This document shows positions 40,639-54,981 of a DNA stretch of 64,000 nucleotides, piece after piece. Source of the stretch: Octopus sinensis (taxonomy: Eukaryota); assembly GCF_006345805.1 (NCBI RefSeq), contig NC_043011.1, forward strand, positions 61,082,464-61,146,463, read 5' to 3'. Position 1 is the first letter of the stretch. Every line of letters starts with the position of its first letter. The translations under genes and the position numbers were made by a program. The notes beneath the pieces are model-generated. The model saw nothing but the letters and a program-made list of their open reading frames with translations. It made no database searches and was not told the DNA's origin.

Positions 40639-40990
40639 GGCGCAGGAGTGGCTGTGTGATAAGAAGCCTGGTTCCGGGTTCAGTCCCACTGCATGGCATC
40701 TTGGGCAAGTGTCTTCTGCTATAACCTCAGGCTGACCAAAGCCCTGTGAGTGGATTTGGCAACTGGAAACTGATAGAAGCCTGTCGTGTGTATATATATA
40801 TATGTGTGTGTGTTTGTGTTTGTTTGTTCCACCACCATCACCTGACAACCGATGTTGGTGTGTTTACGTCCCCGTAGCTTATCGAGAATACGTACTAGAC
40901 TTATAAAGAATAACTCCTGGGGTCGATTTGTTCGACTAAAGCCGGTGCTCCAGTATGGTCGCAGTCAAATGACTGAAACAAGCAAAATAA
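40637..40990 (+). mobile_element. SINE family 2 (tRNA head, CORE-like segment, internal TA/TG microsatellite, LINE-like tail)
   Basis: AGGCGCAGGAGTGGCTGTGTG...GGGTTCAGTCCC...CTTGGGCAAGTG...GGTGCTCCAGTATGGTCGCAGTCAAATGACTGAAACA. Confidence 0.85.
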
Positions 40991-41461
40991 TATACATATA
41001 TGTATATAATGGTGGCTTATTCGCAATTTTATATCCTAATGGCAGAAATACAGTCGTCACTAAATTATTGCTAGAAATAAGAGCCAAAGCAAAGAAATAG
41101 CCTTGAAAAACAGTATCTTAATGATGGACAAGGGAGGTAATCTTCCTACAACAGCGAACCTAGCCAGATCGTCGACAACTTCGCATTTTGATATACATCA
41201 GTGGCACTCAGCGCGCCTATATAAACAAACACACTCAAAGAGTAAATTTAATTTACGGAAATTGTATTTGGAGCTAATGTTGTTACGCTTATGATTAAAT
41301 CAAGTTGACTTTATTTCAACGTTTGGCATGTTTTCAGCTGTCAGTTCTGTTACGTAAAGGAATGAAATGCCTTGCAGTTTCGATACTGTTCAGAGTATCA
41401 TCAGGCAATTGTGATATCGATCGGGGGTATGAAAGATTCATTCCGTCAGACAATACTGAAC

Positions 41462-41500
<39 letters not shown>

Positions 41501-43271
41501 ATTTTGTCTACCTGCCTGTCTGTCTGTCTATTTGTCTGTCTGTTTGTCTGTCTGTCTGTCCGTCCGTCTGTCTGTCTGTCTGTTTGTCTCTTTGTCTGTT
41601 TTCGTATGTATGTACCTGTCTTTCGGTCTGTCTGTCTGTTTATGTATGTATCTGCCTTTCTCTCTGTCATATCTGTCCGCCTGTCTGTCTGTCTATCAAT
41701 CTGTCTGTCTGTCTGTGTTTCTGTCTGTGTATCTATCCATGTATCTATCTCTCTGTCTGTCTCTCTGAGTATGTATGTATGTGTGTGTGTATGTATGTAT
41801 GTTTGGCTGTTATCTGTTATCCTTTTTGTCTCTCTCTCTCTCTTTCTCTCTCTATCTATTTTTCTATCTATATTCTGTCTATGTATCCATTTTTCTATCT
41901 ATCTGTCTGTCTGTCTGTATATCTATTATGAATACATACACATACATAGGTATACCTCAATCTGAGTCATTGTTTCCAAGACAAGCGACTTAACTCGAAA
42001 TTGCTTCAACCATTCTACATATTAAAAAGCAAATCAAACAATCGTTTAAAGGAAAATAATCATTAAAAATATAAAGTTAAGAAACATTTTTCAAGAGAAA
42101 CCAAAATTCCAAGAAAATATGAAACAAATGCCAAAACCATTTACTTGTTTGGTGATGACGTCGTGTTTTATTGACCAGGCGGAGCCAAGAAGGGGAACTT
42201 GGGGTTATGACATTCTTCAGGCATGCTTCCAATGAAGACCTTCGTATTCAATGTCAACGAGTAATAGAAACTTACTTTGCGTGCTTTGAATGCATTTACA
42301 TTTCTTGTTTCAGTTGGTTTAATGAGACATGCATCCACTCGTATCCGTTTCGCTTTTGGAAGCCTTAGGTCTCACATGAGGAGTCACCGGGTGAAGAGAA
42401 CGAATTTTAAACATTGGCAAATAGTAATTATTGAAACGTGTGTTGTTAATGGTCAATTTGATTAGATTTCTTTTCTGTCCTCGCTCAACTCTCATACTTC
42501 TCATCACAGCATTTCTTGGAAGGAAATATTTAGCGAGCAAATATAAATGTGTGTATGTGTGTGTTTGTGTGAGAATGTCCATCCGCGCGTGTGTGTGTAT
42601 GTGTGTAATGGCACCACTTTAACTCGAACATGATTTAATGTCTTCCACCATTTCCCCATAAAACGGCAATAACGAAGTCCCCGAATCATCGAATTACGAA
42701 GAAAAAAAAATCGAGCATTAGCTTTTCTTTTTGCAAGCGGAAATGTAGAGAGCTGAACTGACTTTGGTGCGAAGCCGCAATGAATATAGCAATATGTTCA
42801 TTGTAAAGGTGTCTAACAATTTTGCCACTGCGTCGCCTCTTCTCAATATATATTAATAAGTGTCTCATTAATGGAGCGTGGGTTGTGAATAAATCTGTGT
42901 GCAGAGTCAAAAGCATATTTAATAAAATATGTATTTAAAGAGTCGCGTGAGGCCAAATATATGTTTATTAAATATTTGGAGACTTCTCTGCATACGTGCC
43001 TACATATACATAAATATAGATATACGCATACATACGTAGTACATATACAAACACACGTGCTTATATTTATGTATATTTGCAAATGCAAAGCCCCTACGTA
43101 TGTATGCCTCTCTCGATCAGTCTGTCTGTCTGTCTGTCTCTCTCTCTATCTATCTGTCAATCAGTATTAATTCATATATGTGTAAGCATCTATATATATA
43201 CATATATATATATATACACATATATGTATATATACATGTATGTAGATATGTATATATATATAATTATATAT

Positions 43272-43310
<39 letters not shown>

Positions 43311-43550
43311 TATACATTCATATATACATGTATACCTCGAAATAAAAAGGATAAAGATATGTATGAATATATAGACGTGTATGTTATACATATATGTGTA
43401 TATATATATATTACGTATATGTATATATAATAATAATATACATATATAAATATAACATGTATGCATATATAAGCTGTACATATATCTACATTATATATAC
43501 TACACATAGTGCGATATATATATATATAGTATATATATATATAGAGTATC

Positions 43551-43583
<33 letters not shown>

Positions 43584-43894
43584 TAATGATGTTCAATTAA
43601 CATAGCTAGTAAATTACTTTTAATTCATATTTTCGAAGTTAATTCTCATATTCTTGCGAATATAATTGCAATAATACACTGTGTGAGGTTGGTGGTGACT
43701 TGGTCGCTAGAATCAAAACTATCACATTAAGAAATTGTGAAATATTTAGCATATTTATATAATTTATATAATGTTGTGGCCATTTACCATTTTAGCAATA
43801 GGAATTCGTATTCTTGGTATTTAGAGTGTGTTATTATTACATTGACGAGGAATAGATGCAGAAAAAATTGGTTTCAAGGGGTTAGAAGTGTTAC

Positions 43895-44287
43895 CCTTTT
43901 ACTCCTCTACTCTTTTACTTGTTTCAGTCATTTGACTGTGGCCATGCTGGAGCAGCGCCTTTAGTTGAGCAAATTGACCCCAGGTCTTATTCTTTGTAAG
44001 CCTAGTACTTATTCTATCGGTCGAACGGCTAAGTTATGGGGACGTAAACACACCAGCATTGGTTGTCAAGCGATGTTGGGCTGACAAACAGAGACACACA
44101 AACGTATACACACACATATAAATATACATACGGGCTTCTTTCAGTTTCCATCAACCAAATCCATGCATAAGGCTGTCGTCGGCCCGAGGCTATAGTAGAA
44201 GGCACTGCCCAAGGTGCCACGCAGTAGGACTGAACCCGGAACCATGTGGTCAGTAAACAACCCAATTACAACACAGCCACTGCTCTA
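43895..44287 (-). mobile_element. SINE family 2 copy
   Basis: Reverse-complement match to 40637-40990. Confidence 0.85.
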
Positions 44288-44723
44288 CTGTAGGAGGAAA
44301 TTCAAGATAAGAAACTCAAATACGAGAGATTTAGGTAATCACAGAAAAACTAAGTGAAATACTTATTGCAAGTGTATGACGACCCATCAGATATTATCTC
44401 TCTCTCTCTATCTCTCTCTCTTTCTCTCTCTACATTAAGGCGATGCTCCAGCATGGCCGCTGTCAAATGACTGAAACAATTAAAAGAATAATAGAATGTA
44501 CACACACACACGTTCTTTTAGTTGCTTAGGCTTAATGTCTCGCGCTCGTAAAAGCTCCTACGCTCCTTAATGTTGACCACCGCCTTCTATATCCATGTTC
44601 CTATGTTATGCAGAAACGTATGTTGCAACGCATTTATAAAATATAAAAAAAAAACGTCCAACCACAAATAATTTTCCTTATTACTCTACCTATGTATAGT
44701 TATATAAACGTTTGCATAACTAA

Positions 44724-45104
44724 TCTCTCTCTATATAAACGGCAGTTTGTCTGTGTGTGTTTCTGTGTGTCTGTTTGCTTGTACCCTCACTCTGACCACG
44801 GCTTTCAACCGATTCTGATGAAACTTGACACACACATAGCCCAATGTCATAATTCAAAACTAACGCAGCGAAAATTTTGAAAAGTTCCCCCAGTTCTGAA
44901 AACAATCGATAAATTCGACATGGGGTCGAGAATCAGAAACACGAACAACTGTCTAGGGGACGCAACTCCACCTTTTTTAAATCTCAAAAAAAAGTTTACC
45001 ATCATTTTTTTCCATTTTTGGGCTATTTTTTGGCTATAACTCTCTAAAAAGGCTTTATAGTTATTTCCCTTACAAACCTGAGCAACGCCGGGCGATACTG
45101 CTAG
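44724..45104 (+). mobile_element. Non-autonomous Helitron
   Basis: A|TC 5' end, subterminal GC-rich hairpin CCTGAGCAACGCCGGG (45077-45092), CTAG|T 3' end, inserted between A and T with no TSD. Confidence 0.8.
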
Positions 45105-45513
45105 TATGTCTATAAGTTCACATGTATATTCCTATAAAGAAATGTTTATGTAAATCTGCAGTAACAAGATCTTATGTTGTAAACCGAATACCTACCTAAC
45201 TCAGCGCTACCAAACAGCACCAATTTAAGTTACTATAGCAACATCATTATTATTTACTATCAAATTAGAGATTGCTAGTGTTTTAAAGAAGCATCAGATA
45301 GTATGTACATTTCGTTCACCTTAAAATTTTACGCTGTCATAAATATGTGCGTACATACACACCACGTACGAACCAGCGTGCGCGCGCACACACATACACA
45401 CACATATATATATATATATACAGTTGTATATATTTATATACATATGTACATACATATGTATATGTCAACATATTGTAGAGAAATATAGTTATGTATATAT
45501 ATATATATATATA

Positions 45514-45566
<53 letters not shown>

Positions 45567-45647
45567 TGTATATAGTTTATATATGTGTGCGTGTATATAT
45601 ATATTGTGTGTGTCTGCGTGTTATATAATATGTGTTGTGTGTGTGTG

Positions 45648-45747
45648 NNNNNNNNNNNNNNNNNNNNNNNNNNNNNNNNNNNNNNNNNNNNNNNNNNNNN
45701 NNNNNNNNNNNNNNNNNNNNNNNNNNNNNNNNNNNNNNNNNNNNNNN
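45648..45747. other. Assembly gap (100 N)
   Basis: Run of N. Confidence 1.
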
Positions 45748-45947
45748 CTTGGTCGAGTTGGGCAGGAATTCGATTATCTTTTGGATGTTTGTAGTTTAAC
45801 GCGCGGCGCTCACATTGAACACCTGTAAAACCTGAATAGAACGTGGAAATATCGGCTTTCAGGAAATATAAATTGTGCCTTTGATACCTTCAATAGTCAT
45901 AAGATATACAGGGCAGTATATGACACAGACTTTTGAAACATGCTATA
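45748..45947 (+). pseudogene. 3' end of a Tc1/mariner-superfamily transposon (transposase C-terminus plus TIR remnant)
   Basis: LGRVGQEFDYLLDVCSLTRGAHIEHL* fits the G.HIEHL* C-terminus of Tc1/mariner-superfamily transposases. ACTTTTGAAACATGCTATA is TIR-like. Confidence 0.65.
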
Positions 45948-46077
45948 TGTATGAATGTATGTATGAATGTATGTGTGTATGTATGTATGTATGTATGTAT
46001 GTATGTATGTATGTATGTATGTATGTATATATGTATGTATATTATTATATATATATATATCTATATATATATATATA

Positions 46078-46200
46078 TAGTAGGTCCCGGGTTGAGTCGG
46101 GGTAACCACAGTAAATAAGGTACTCAATACATAGACTTCCTGATGATTTCTTTTGAATGAAACAGTTCTAGTCCTGTAGAAGCTCCTTCTATAAAATAAA

Positions 46201-46205
<5 letters not shown>
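46078..46205 (+). mobile_element. ~130-bp element in (TA)n with a hammerhead core (46134-46173)
   Basis: GACTTC-CTGATGA-TTTC TTTT GAAT-GAAAC-A-GTT-CTAGTC. Core intact, stem I imperfect next to the core. Confidence 0.45.
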
Positions 46206-46235
<30 letters not shown>

Positions 46236-46947
46236 TATGCTATATATGTGTGTGTTGTGTGTGTGTGTGTGTGTTTATATTGGAGTGTGTTTGTGCTTAT
46301 CTTTATGTATTTGCATTTTGCAAATAAATTCTTAACGTAATCGTAGTTTGTGTAATATTGGCAATGTAGCCATTTTAATAATGGTAGGTAGAGATGTCTA
46401 TAACTAAAAGATATTAAGAAACAAATATTGGGTATATATACGAAAGTACATGCGTAGATATATATATATATATGTGCGTTTTGGATAGACACATGTTGCT
46501 AAGCTACTCAAATTTTCTGCAAAAAATTAATTAGCATTCGCTTGGAAAATATATTGTTTTTTTCCTTCTTATTAATGTGACTGCTTACCCATCTAATGTG
46601 ATGTTTAATATCATTTTAACAATTGTTCTGGGAGATATATATAAACAGAAGCTGACAAAAAGAATTTTTTTACAATTCTTCTTGAAAATTTCTCGATATT
46701 CATATTAACTCTCTACTATTTTCGACTCATGTTGACTTCTAGTTTCATGGAAATTAGCATATAAGTACACACACACACACAGGAACACACACAACCAAAC
46801 ACCCACCCACCCACATTCGCTCTCACTCTCACAAACACACACGCACATACATACAGACACACACTCATGGGAATGTGCGTATGTGGTGTGCATTGCTACG
46901 GGTAAGCGTGTATTAATAAATACGTATATCATATTTTCCACGTATAT

Positions 46948-46987
<40 letters not shown>

Positions 46988-47076
46988 ATACACACACACA
47001 CATACATTTAAACTTTCATATATATATATTATATATATATATAATATATATAGATATATATAATATATATATATAT

Positions 47077-47520
47077 TTAACAATTAAGGATACCTCTTAA
47101 TAAGGGATCTTAACAAGAAATTATCAGGTAGTTAAGATCCCTTATGAAGAGGTTATCCTTAATTGTTAAATTTATTCCGAAATACTTTTCCTACATGCAG
47201 TTCGAAAAAGCCCGCCATTTACCGAATATATGATTTATAAACATTCCATGTGCTTGGCCGGAGTGAATAGATGTCTGTTCGCCTTCGCTAGGTAAGGTTG
47301 GTGGTTTATTTATGATGTATTCAGAATCAGTTCTGCTGAGGATCATAAGACGTAAGTTAAATGTGAAATCACGGTGATACAGAACTAAATTCATTTTTTA
47401 AATGTCTTGCTTTGAAGAACTGCATTTAGGTATGATTAGTGTAATTTTTGGTAGTAATGACTTTTCCCTCTTAGTGTGAGGCATTTATGTGTATAATGCC
47501 CTCTATACAATTATAGATAT
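47077..47520 (+). mobile_element. Second copy of family A (short inverted arm 47077-47133, then sense arm)
   Basis: 47171-47518 is the reverse complement of ~19748-20098. 47131-47170 is inverted to 47077-47115. Flanked by (TA)n. Confidence 0.82.
47329..47386 (+). ncRNA. Type I hammerhead ribozyme
   Basis: AGTTCTG-CTGAGGA-TCATAAGAC GTAA GTTAAATGT-GAAA-TCAC G GTGA-TA-CAGAACT. Within the core it differs from 19881-19937 only at the free N7 position; also a 1-nt indel in stem II. Confidence 0.85.
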
Positions 47521-47739
47521 ATATATATATATATATATAATACACCACACATATATATGATACATCGCTAGCCATTAAACCTTTCTATTTTCTCTCCTTG
47601 TTTCTTTCTGTGTTCCTTTCTTTTGAAGCGCATAGGATCGAAACGTAAAAGAATACCTTACTTCCGAGTGTAAAATAATACATCTGTAAATTCTCACCAT
47701 ATTTACACACCACCGTATATATATATATATATATATAAT

Positions 47740-47772
<33 letters not shown>

Positions 47773-47877
47773 CTTATATATATATCTGTATATATATGTA
47801 TATATATAGATATATATATATGACATATACATATATATGTATTAATATATTATATATATTATATATATATATACATA

Positions 47878-47912
<35 letters not shown>

Positions 47913-47922
47913 ACACCACACC

Positions 47923-47981
<59 letters not shown>

Positions 47982-49859
47982 GTGTGTGTGTGTATAGTAA
48001 TGTTTGTTCCACTTCAAAATGGCTGTTCCGTACAAAATGACATTACTACTCTTTTTAACCCCAGGAGCACATCTTCTCCACTTGGTTAACGAACAACCTG
48101 TATCCGATGTATTACCTTTCAGTAGAGTTACTATTTGTATCTGTAATAGAGATTTTAGAACCAGCTACTTTGGTAATATATATATATTATATATATATAT
48201 ATATACAGAGAGAGAGGAGAGAGAGGAGAGAGAGAGAGAGAGACAGAGAGAGAGAGAGAGGGAGAGTATGATATCTATTCATCGATATATATATATATTA
48301 TATAGATATATATGCATAGACATATATTTATATATGCACATCAGTGTTTATCCATCCATGTTTCTCACCTTGTCTCTCTCTCTCTCGCACACACACACAT
48401 CCACACACAGTCACGCACGTACACAAACACACACACACACACACACATACACTGTACAAACATACACATACTTAGGAGTACTGGAGTACTTGGGGAAAAC
48501 AGCACAAAAGTTTGAATAAAACATCGAGATTTTATTTAAGATGAAAAACTTTGCAATTTTTACTTCAATTTTCCTGCTGCTTCCACTCATCGACGGCGCA
48601 GTCGTGACTGTGAGTTTAATATACACACATTTATAATAAAAACTCCCTGTCAGTGAGCAGCTGTTTTATGTTTCGATTGCTGATGAAAGCTTTACTGATT
48701 GTTTCCGAATGTTTTATGACGGGTGATGAAATGTGCAGCGTGTTCTTGTGTAGACTTTAAGAAGGCAGTAGAAGCTATATGCAGAATGATCGAAGTCGCT
48801 CAAATGTTAATGTAAAGTTTCGTCCTTTTTTCTCATTTGATAGCGTTCATCAAGAACTTTTCCCACTTATTCAGACTAGAATATTCTTACTCGGACGTCA
48901 ACGCATATTATATTCTTAAGGTTTCACACACGCACGTACGCACACACCGAGACACACATAGACATAAACACGCACAGACCCTCCACCACAACACAAACAC
49001 TCTCACCATGCCTACACCTACATACACACATGCACGCATTAACTCTTAGAGTATTTAAATGATCTGGATGTCCTAGATGCATTATACAGTAAAGAGGCTG
49101 ATTTTGTGAAGGATGCAAAGAAAACAAGAATTTTTTTCGTGGCTCTTCTTTGTGCTGAGTTTGCAAGGTTTTCTCTTTCCGGCTAATGACTCTTGTTTTA
49201 ATCTAAAATCCTCGTTTAAAATTATATACTTTTCAGTATTCCGATGTAGTAGGAGAGTGAAGTGTCATTTCTTCAGAGAAACTTTTGGAATTGATTTTTA
49301 TATAAATTTCATAGATATATATCATTACGGCCATCGCCATCATCATCATCATCCAGCTTACTATGCGCAACTAATATGACCATCACCAACTTCAACAACA
49401 TCAGCAACATTTGAAGTAACAACAATACCTCCAAAATTAAAAAATAAAAAACAATACCAGCAAAATCATCACAACCACCACCAGTAATACCAATTTATCA
49501 CAATCAACAAACCGCAAAATACCGAGCGATCTGCTAGAATTAGCAGTTAATTTTACCTTCATGTGAAGGAGATAGTTTGCATAATGTAGGTAAAATATGT
49601 GTGAATAAAAGCTGCAATGCACTTGATTGGTGTGTTTTTTATTGTAATTCTTATCATTCAGGACAGATCTTGGTATAAACGATAAGAGCAATAGTGAGGA
49701 GAGCTGCAATAACAGCAACAGCATGAGATGCAACAACGACAACAGCATCGTAAAGAGGATCAAAAGGTGGTAATCTTCACGGCTGTACATGTTGCTGAAC
49801 AAGAACAAGAACAACAAAGATAGCAACCTACCAACTCAAACCCTCCAGTAAAACTAAAT

Positions 49860-51090
49860 ACCTTCGTCGTCGTTGTGATCGTGATCGTCAACATCAACAC
49901 TGTCGTCGTATCAACATCATTATCCTCCTCCTCATCATCACCATCGTCGACATCATAATCATCATTATCGTCGTCGTCATCGTCATCAGCATCGTCGTCG
50001 TCGTCATCATCATCATCCCTCTCCGCCTCTTCCTCACCCTCCTTCTCCTCCTCATCACCGTCTCCATCCCCTCCCCCTCTTCCTCCTCCTCATCCTCCTC
50101 TCATAGTCGTCGTCGTCATCATCATCATCCCTCTCCGTCTCCTCCCCCTCCTTCTCCTGCTCATCACCGTCTCCATTCCCTCCCCCTCTTCCTCCTCATC
50201 ATCCTCTCATCGTCGTCGTCGTCATCGTCCTCTTTCACATCCCCCCTCAACCCCTCCGTCCTCATCCTCATAATCCTAATCCTCAACATCAGCATCACCG
50301 TCAGCAGCATCGTCGTCGTCGTCTTTCACATCCTCTCCCTTCAATTCATCAACATCACTACTACCATCGTCATGAACGTCAACATCCCTGCCACCGCCAC
50401 CGCCGCCACCACCACCACCAACAACATCACCACTGTCACCGCCACCTCCGCCGCAACCACCACCACCATCACCACCACCACCAACACCACCACCACCACT
50501 ATGACCACCGCCATCACCACCACTACCACCACCACCAACATCACCACTGTCACCGCCACCTACGCCGCAACCACTACCACCACCACCACTATGGCCACCG
50601 CCATCACCACCACCACCACCACTACCACCACCACCACCACCACTACTATGACCACCGCCATCACCAACACCACCACCAACAACAACAACATCACCACTGT
50701 CACCGCCACCTACGCCGCAACCACTACCACCACCACCACTATGACCAGCGCCATCACCACCACCACCACCACTACCACCACCACCACCACCACCACTATG
50801 ACCACCGCCATCACCACCACCACCACCACCACCACCACCACCACCACCACAACACCCACTACCACCACTACCACCACTACCACCACCACCACCACCACAC
50901 CACCACTACCACCACCACCACCACCACCACTACCACCACCACCACTACCACCACTACCACCACCACTACTATGACCACCGCCATCACCAACACCACCACC
51001 AACAACAACAACATCACCACTGTCACCGCCACCTCCGCCGCAACCACCACCACCACCATGACCACCACCACCACCACTGTCACTATCATC
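49860..51090. repeat. Trinucleotide-derived low-complexity tract; (ACC)n-based higher-order minisatellite from ~50390
   Basis: Recurring blocks ACTATGACCACCGCCATCACC and AACATCACCACTGTCACCGCCACCT.CGCCGCAACC. Confidence 0.9.
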
Positions 51091-51597
51091 GTCGTTAGGG
51101 GCAGCAGTATTAATTACGGTGTTTCAGCGAGCATCGTTTGTCTTAACGGTGATATTGAAATTCTGTTAATCGAATTATCTTTTTTATCATTCATTTCCAG
51201 TCGTTTCAATTGAGAAGCCTTATTACCACCTCCTCCCCTCCATCCTCGTCGTCCTCCCCCTTCTCGCTGTTGGAATAGTTGCACGGAAAGTACATACGAC
51301 CGCGTAGCTTTCCAAACAGCACACACACACACGCACACAGATGCGCGAACGTGCATACTCATAAACACTACCGTGTAAGAATATATGGAATTATACACAC
51401 ACATCCGCGCATGTATATGTGTACACACACACACATATATATATATGAATGTATATATATATATATATATATATGTATACATACTTCAAAATACGTAGAT
51501 CCATACATCCATACTCACATATTTATCTATCTATATTATATATATATATATATATATATTACATACGTATATATACATATACATATATATTACACAT

Positions 51598-51629
<32 letters not shown>

Positions 51630-52605
51630 TTATATATGTATGCATATATATATATACATATACATATACATATGTATATACATACATATATATGTATATA
51701 TATATGTGTGTGTATATGTGTGTGGACGTATATATGTACGTATGTATATATGAATATACAGGAGTGAGTGGCCAAAAGAATGGAAAGAGTTCTCACGCAT
51801 TTAATAAGTGTCACTTGTATTATTTAAAACACTTTGGTGTGCCTCAAATTATCGCTGACCGATGAAAGAAGCCCGTCCCTTGCAGGTTTTAGATTATCAA
51901 ATCTAAGACATGAAGGAGACGGGCTTCTTTTTGACGCCCTCGAAACTTCAGTTCGCAAGGAGCCGAATCGAACTTTCATATAATGCACACACACACTGAT
52001 ATGGGATATTTCTTTAGAAATATGACAGAGTAGAAAATTCGTCTACCCTCAGAATTACCCGGTACTCTACGGTAGCATTATTATATACTTCTATATTTAT
52101 GTTTGGGTATTCGTCGTGTGTGAATGTAAAATTGAAGAAATTGGAGTCAAGAAAACTGTTTGTTTGCATAATAAAATGTAGTTGTGTTTCCTCAGTGGAT
52201 ATTCAAGTGTTGTGTCCGTTAGTTTAAAATCTTCGAATTCCAGGCCTTCCCCAACCGTCCTGCTTCGAATTTTGTAACTACGGATGTACCAGCACACACG
52301 AAATTGAGACATGGCCGACCTCACACACTTCTCATAAGGAATTCCGGAAGAAGCATCGTGCGACCACTGCTGAGACGCTTCTAAAAAATAGAAAAGAAAA
52401 GCCGTTAGAAAACCGATTATAGCAGCGACTCCATCTAAGAATATCGGAAGAAGGAATATTATTCTGAAATATCAGACTATGGACGACTAAATTACAACAG
52501 GTATATAGCCCATTGTCTGTACTGTACCATTCAAAACTTTTTTCTTTACAAACAATGCACAATGCTTCAAGCAAATTACAGTACTCTCATATATATATAT
52601 ATATA

Positions 52606-52960
52606 TTCTCTTTTACTATCTTTTACTTGTTTCAGTCATTTGACTGCGGCCATGCTGGAGCACCGCCTTTAATCGAGCAACTCGACCCCGGGACTTATTC
52701 TTTTGTAAGCCCAGTACTTATTCTATCGGTCTCTTTTGCCGAACCACTAAGTAACTGGGACATAAGCACATCAGGATCGGTTGTCAAGCAATGCTAGGGG
52801 GACAAATACAGACACACAAACACACACATATACATATACATATATACGACGGGCCCGAGGCTATAGTAGAAGACACTTGCCCAAAGTGCCACGCAGTGGG
52901 ACTGAACCCGGAAACCATGTGGTTGGTAAACAAGCTACTTACCATACAGTCACTCCTGCG

Positions 52961-52963
<3 letters not shown>
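52606..52963 (-). mobile_element. SINE family 2 copy
   Basis: Reverse-complement match to 40637-40990, with a small internal deletion. Confidence 0.85.
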
Positions 52964-53000
<37 letters not shown>

Positions 53001-53196
53001 GTTGAAATATATATAATATATATAATAAATATTAGGAATATATCCAAATTTACAGGGAAAAAAATCAGATTTAGGATTAAATCCAATTTTATAGTAAAAT
53101 ATTATAAAATATTATTGAGACAAAACCATATTTTGCAAAACAAACAAGGAAAGACTTAATCAATACATAAAATTTAATAAATAGTCAAAAAAACCG

Positions 53197-53238
53197 CCAC
53201 TACAATCGTTCTTGTCTTGATCGACAATCTTCAGGTGG
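53197..53238 (-). ncRNA. Hammerhead ribozyme, inverted copy of 58665-58707
   Basis: Same sequence but GAAAC reads GAAC (1-nt homopolymer loss: mutation or sequencing error). Confidence 0.7.
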
Positions 53239-54981
53239 ACTTCCAATCTAAAAAATCAAAATTTTAAAATATAAAAATAATACTTTTAAATAATTAAAGT
53301 ATAAATGAAAAAATATAAGATATAATCCATATATAAACCTATATTAATCCATATCGAAAATATAGACTAATTACCACGAATTCCCTAAAAAAACCATAAT
53401 AAAACAAAACTCTTAAAAACACATATAACGATAAAATCTCCCTTTGCTAAACCTATAACAAACTTAAAGTAACCCCCCTAACCTAAACATCACACACCAA
53501 ATACACACGTAAACCACAGACTCACGACTTATACACATACCTATACTAACTTATAAACCTCAATATACACCAAACCCACTCCCTCCCACACACAGACAAA
53601 TTAACACATACATCCCAAAACCTAAATAACAAACCCATATACACATTCACACCACAAAACACACACTCACACGCAAAAACACTCACACACAAAAGATACA
53701 TATACTCCTCACATATACGCCTATACATACTCACTAAACTCGACATATACAACAATACTTACACACCCACAAAAACCATTATATACATTTATGAGCTTTA
53801 ACTCACCTTAGCATCTCTAACAAACAACTTGCAGTAACCCAATCCCATTCTCTATGCCTACCTCACTACTACACTATTCCATTCACATTCCAAGCAACGC
53901 TAGTCCACCACCCGGTTATTCACGTGGCAAAACGAACACCACTCAAAAATTGTGAATGAAACAATGTAAAAAAATAACCAACACCTAAAATAGACAAAAT
54001 ACCACAAATTACCTAAAAAAACCATGATAAACCAAAACTCATAAAAGCATATAACGATAAAATCTCCCTTTGCTAAACCCTATAACAAACTTATATAGCA
54101 ATCCCCTAACCTAAACATTCACACACAAAAAAACCCACACGTAAACCACAGACCCAAGACTTATACACAAACCTATACTAACTTATAAACCTCAATATAA
54201 CCAAAAACCACTCCCTCCCCACACAGACAATTAACACATACATCCCAAATCCTAAATAACAAACCCAAATACACATTCACACACAAACACACACACACAC
54301 AAAACACATACACAACAGATACATATGCTCCCTCACATATACGCATATACATACTCACTAAAACTCGATATATACAACAATATTTACACCCCACTCATAC
54401 AGATAAATAAATTAATTATACAATTAAAAACTCACAACCAATCTCATATACATAAACACTCTTATGAAAACAACAATAAATACATCGTAATTAACCAGAA
54501 TATCAAAAATAACATTATGACATAAGGATAATCAAATACATACTTACAATTCAGTTACAAATTATGAAGTGAAATTAGATTTTTAGCCGTTAAAAACCAA
54601 ACAAAATTACGTTACCATGGAAATAACTATGTAAAAAAAGAATACGCGCCATAGAAAGTAAACGTCATTCATAGTATGAATGGAGAAATATAATAAATGG
54701 AACTAAAAAACTATTTCCACGTAGCAAACCAACGCTACTTAAAAAAAATTATTATGAATGGATTCTTTAAAAACTATCATGAAAAATCAATTATATACAT
54801 TTATGAGCTTTAGCTCACCCTAGCAACTCTAACAAACAACTTACAGTAACCCATACTCAATACCTACCTCATTACCACCCTAATCCATTCACAATTCCAA
54901 ACAACACTAGTCCACCACACGGTTACAATTCCCAACTCTACCCATTCATTCATAATTTCAACGACGTTCCCTTCAACAACT

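Noticed and set aside
44815-44826. CTGATGAAAC in the Helitron as a hammerhead
   Set aside because: No room for stem II and no stem I or III.
50372-50974. 200-aa Thr-rich mucin-like ORF
   Set aside because: An (ACC)n-derived minisatellite is open in several frames on both strands. No signal peptide or convincing splice sites; not fully excluded without RNA data.
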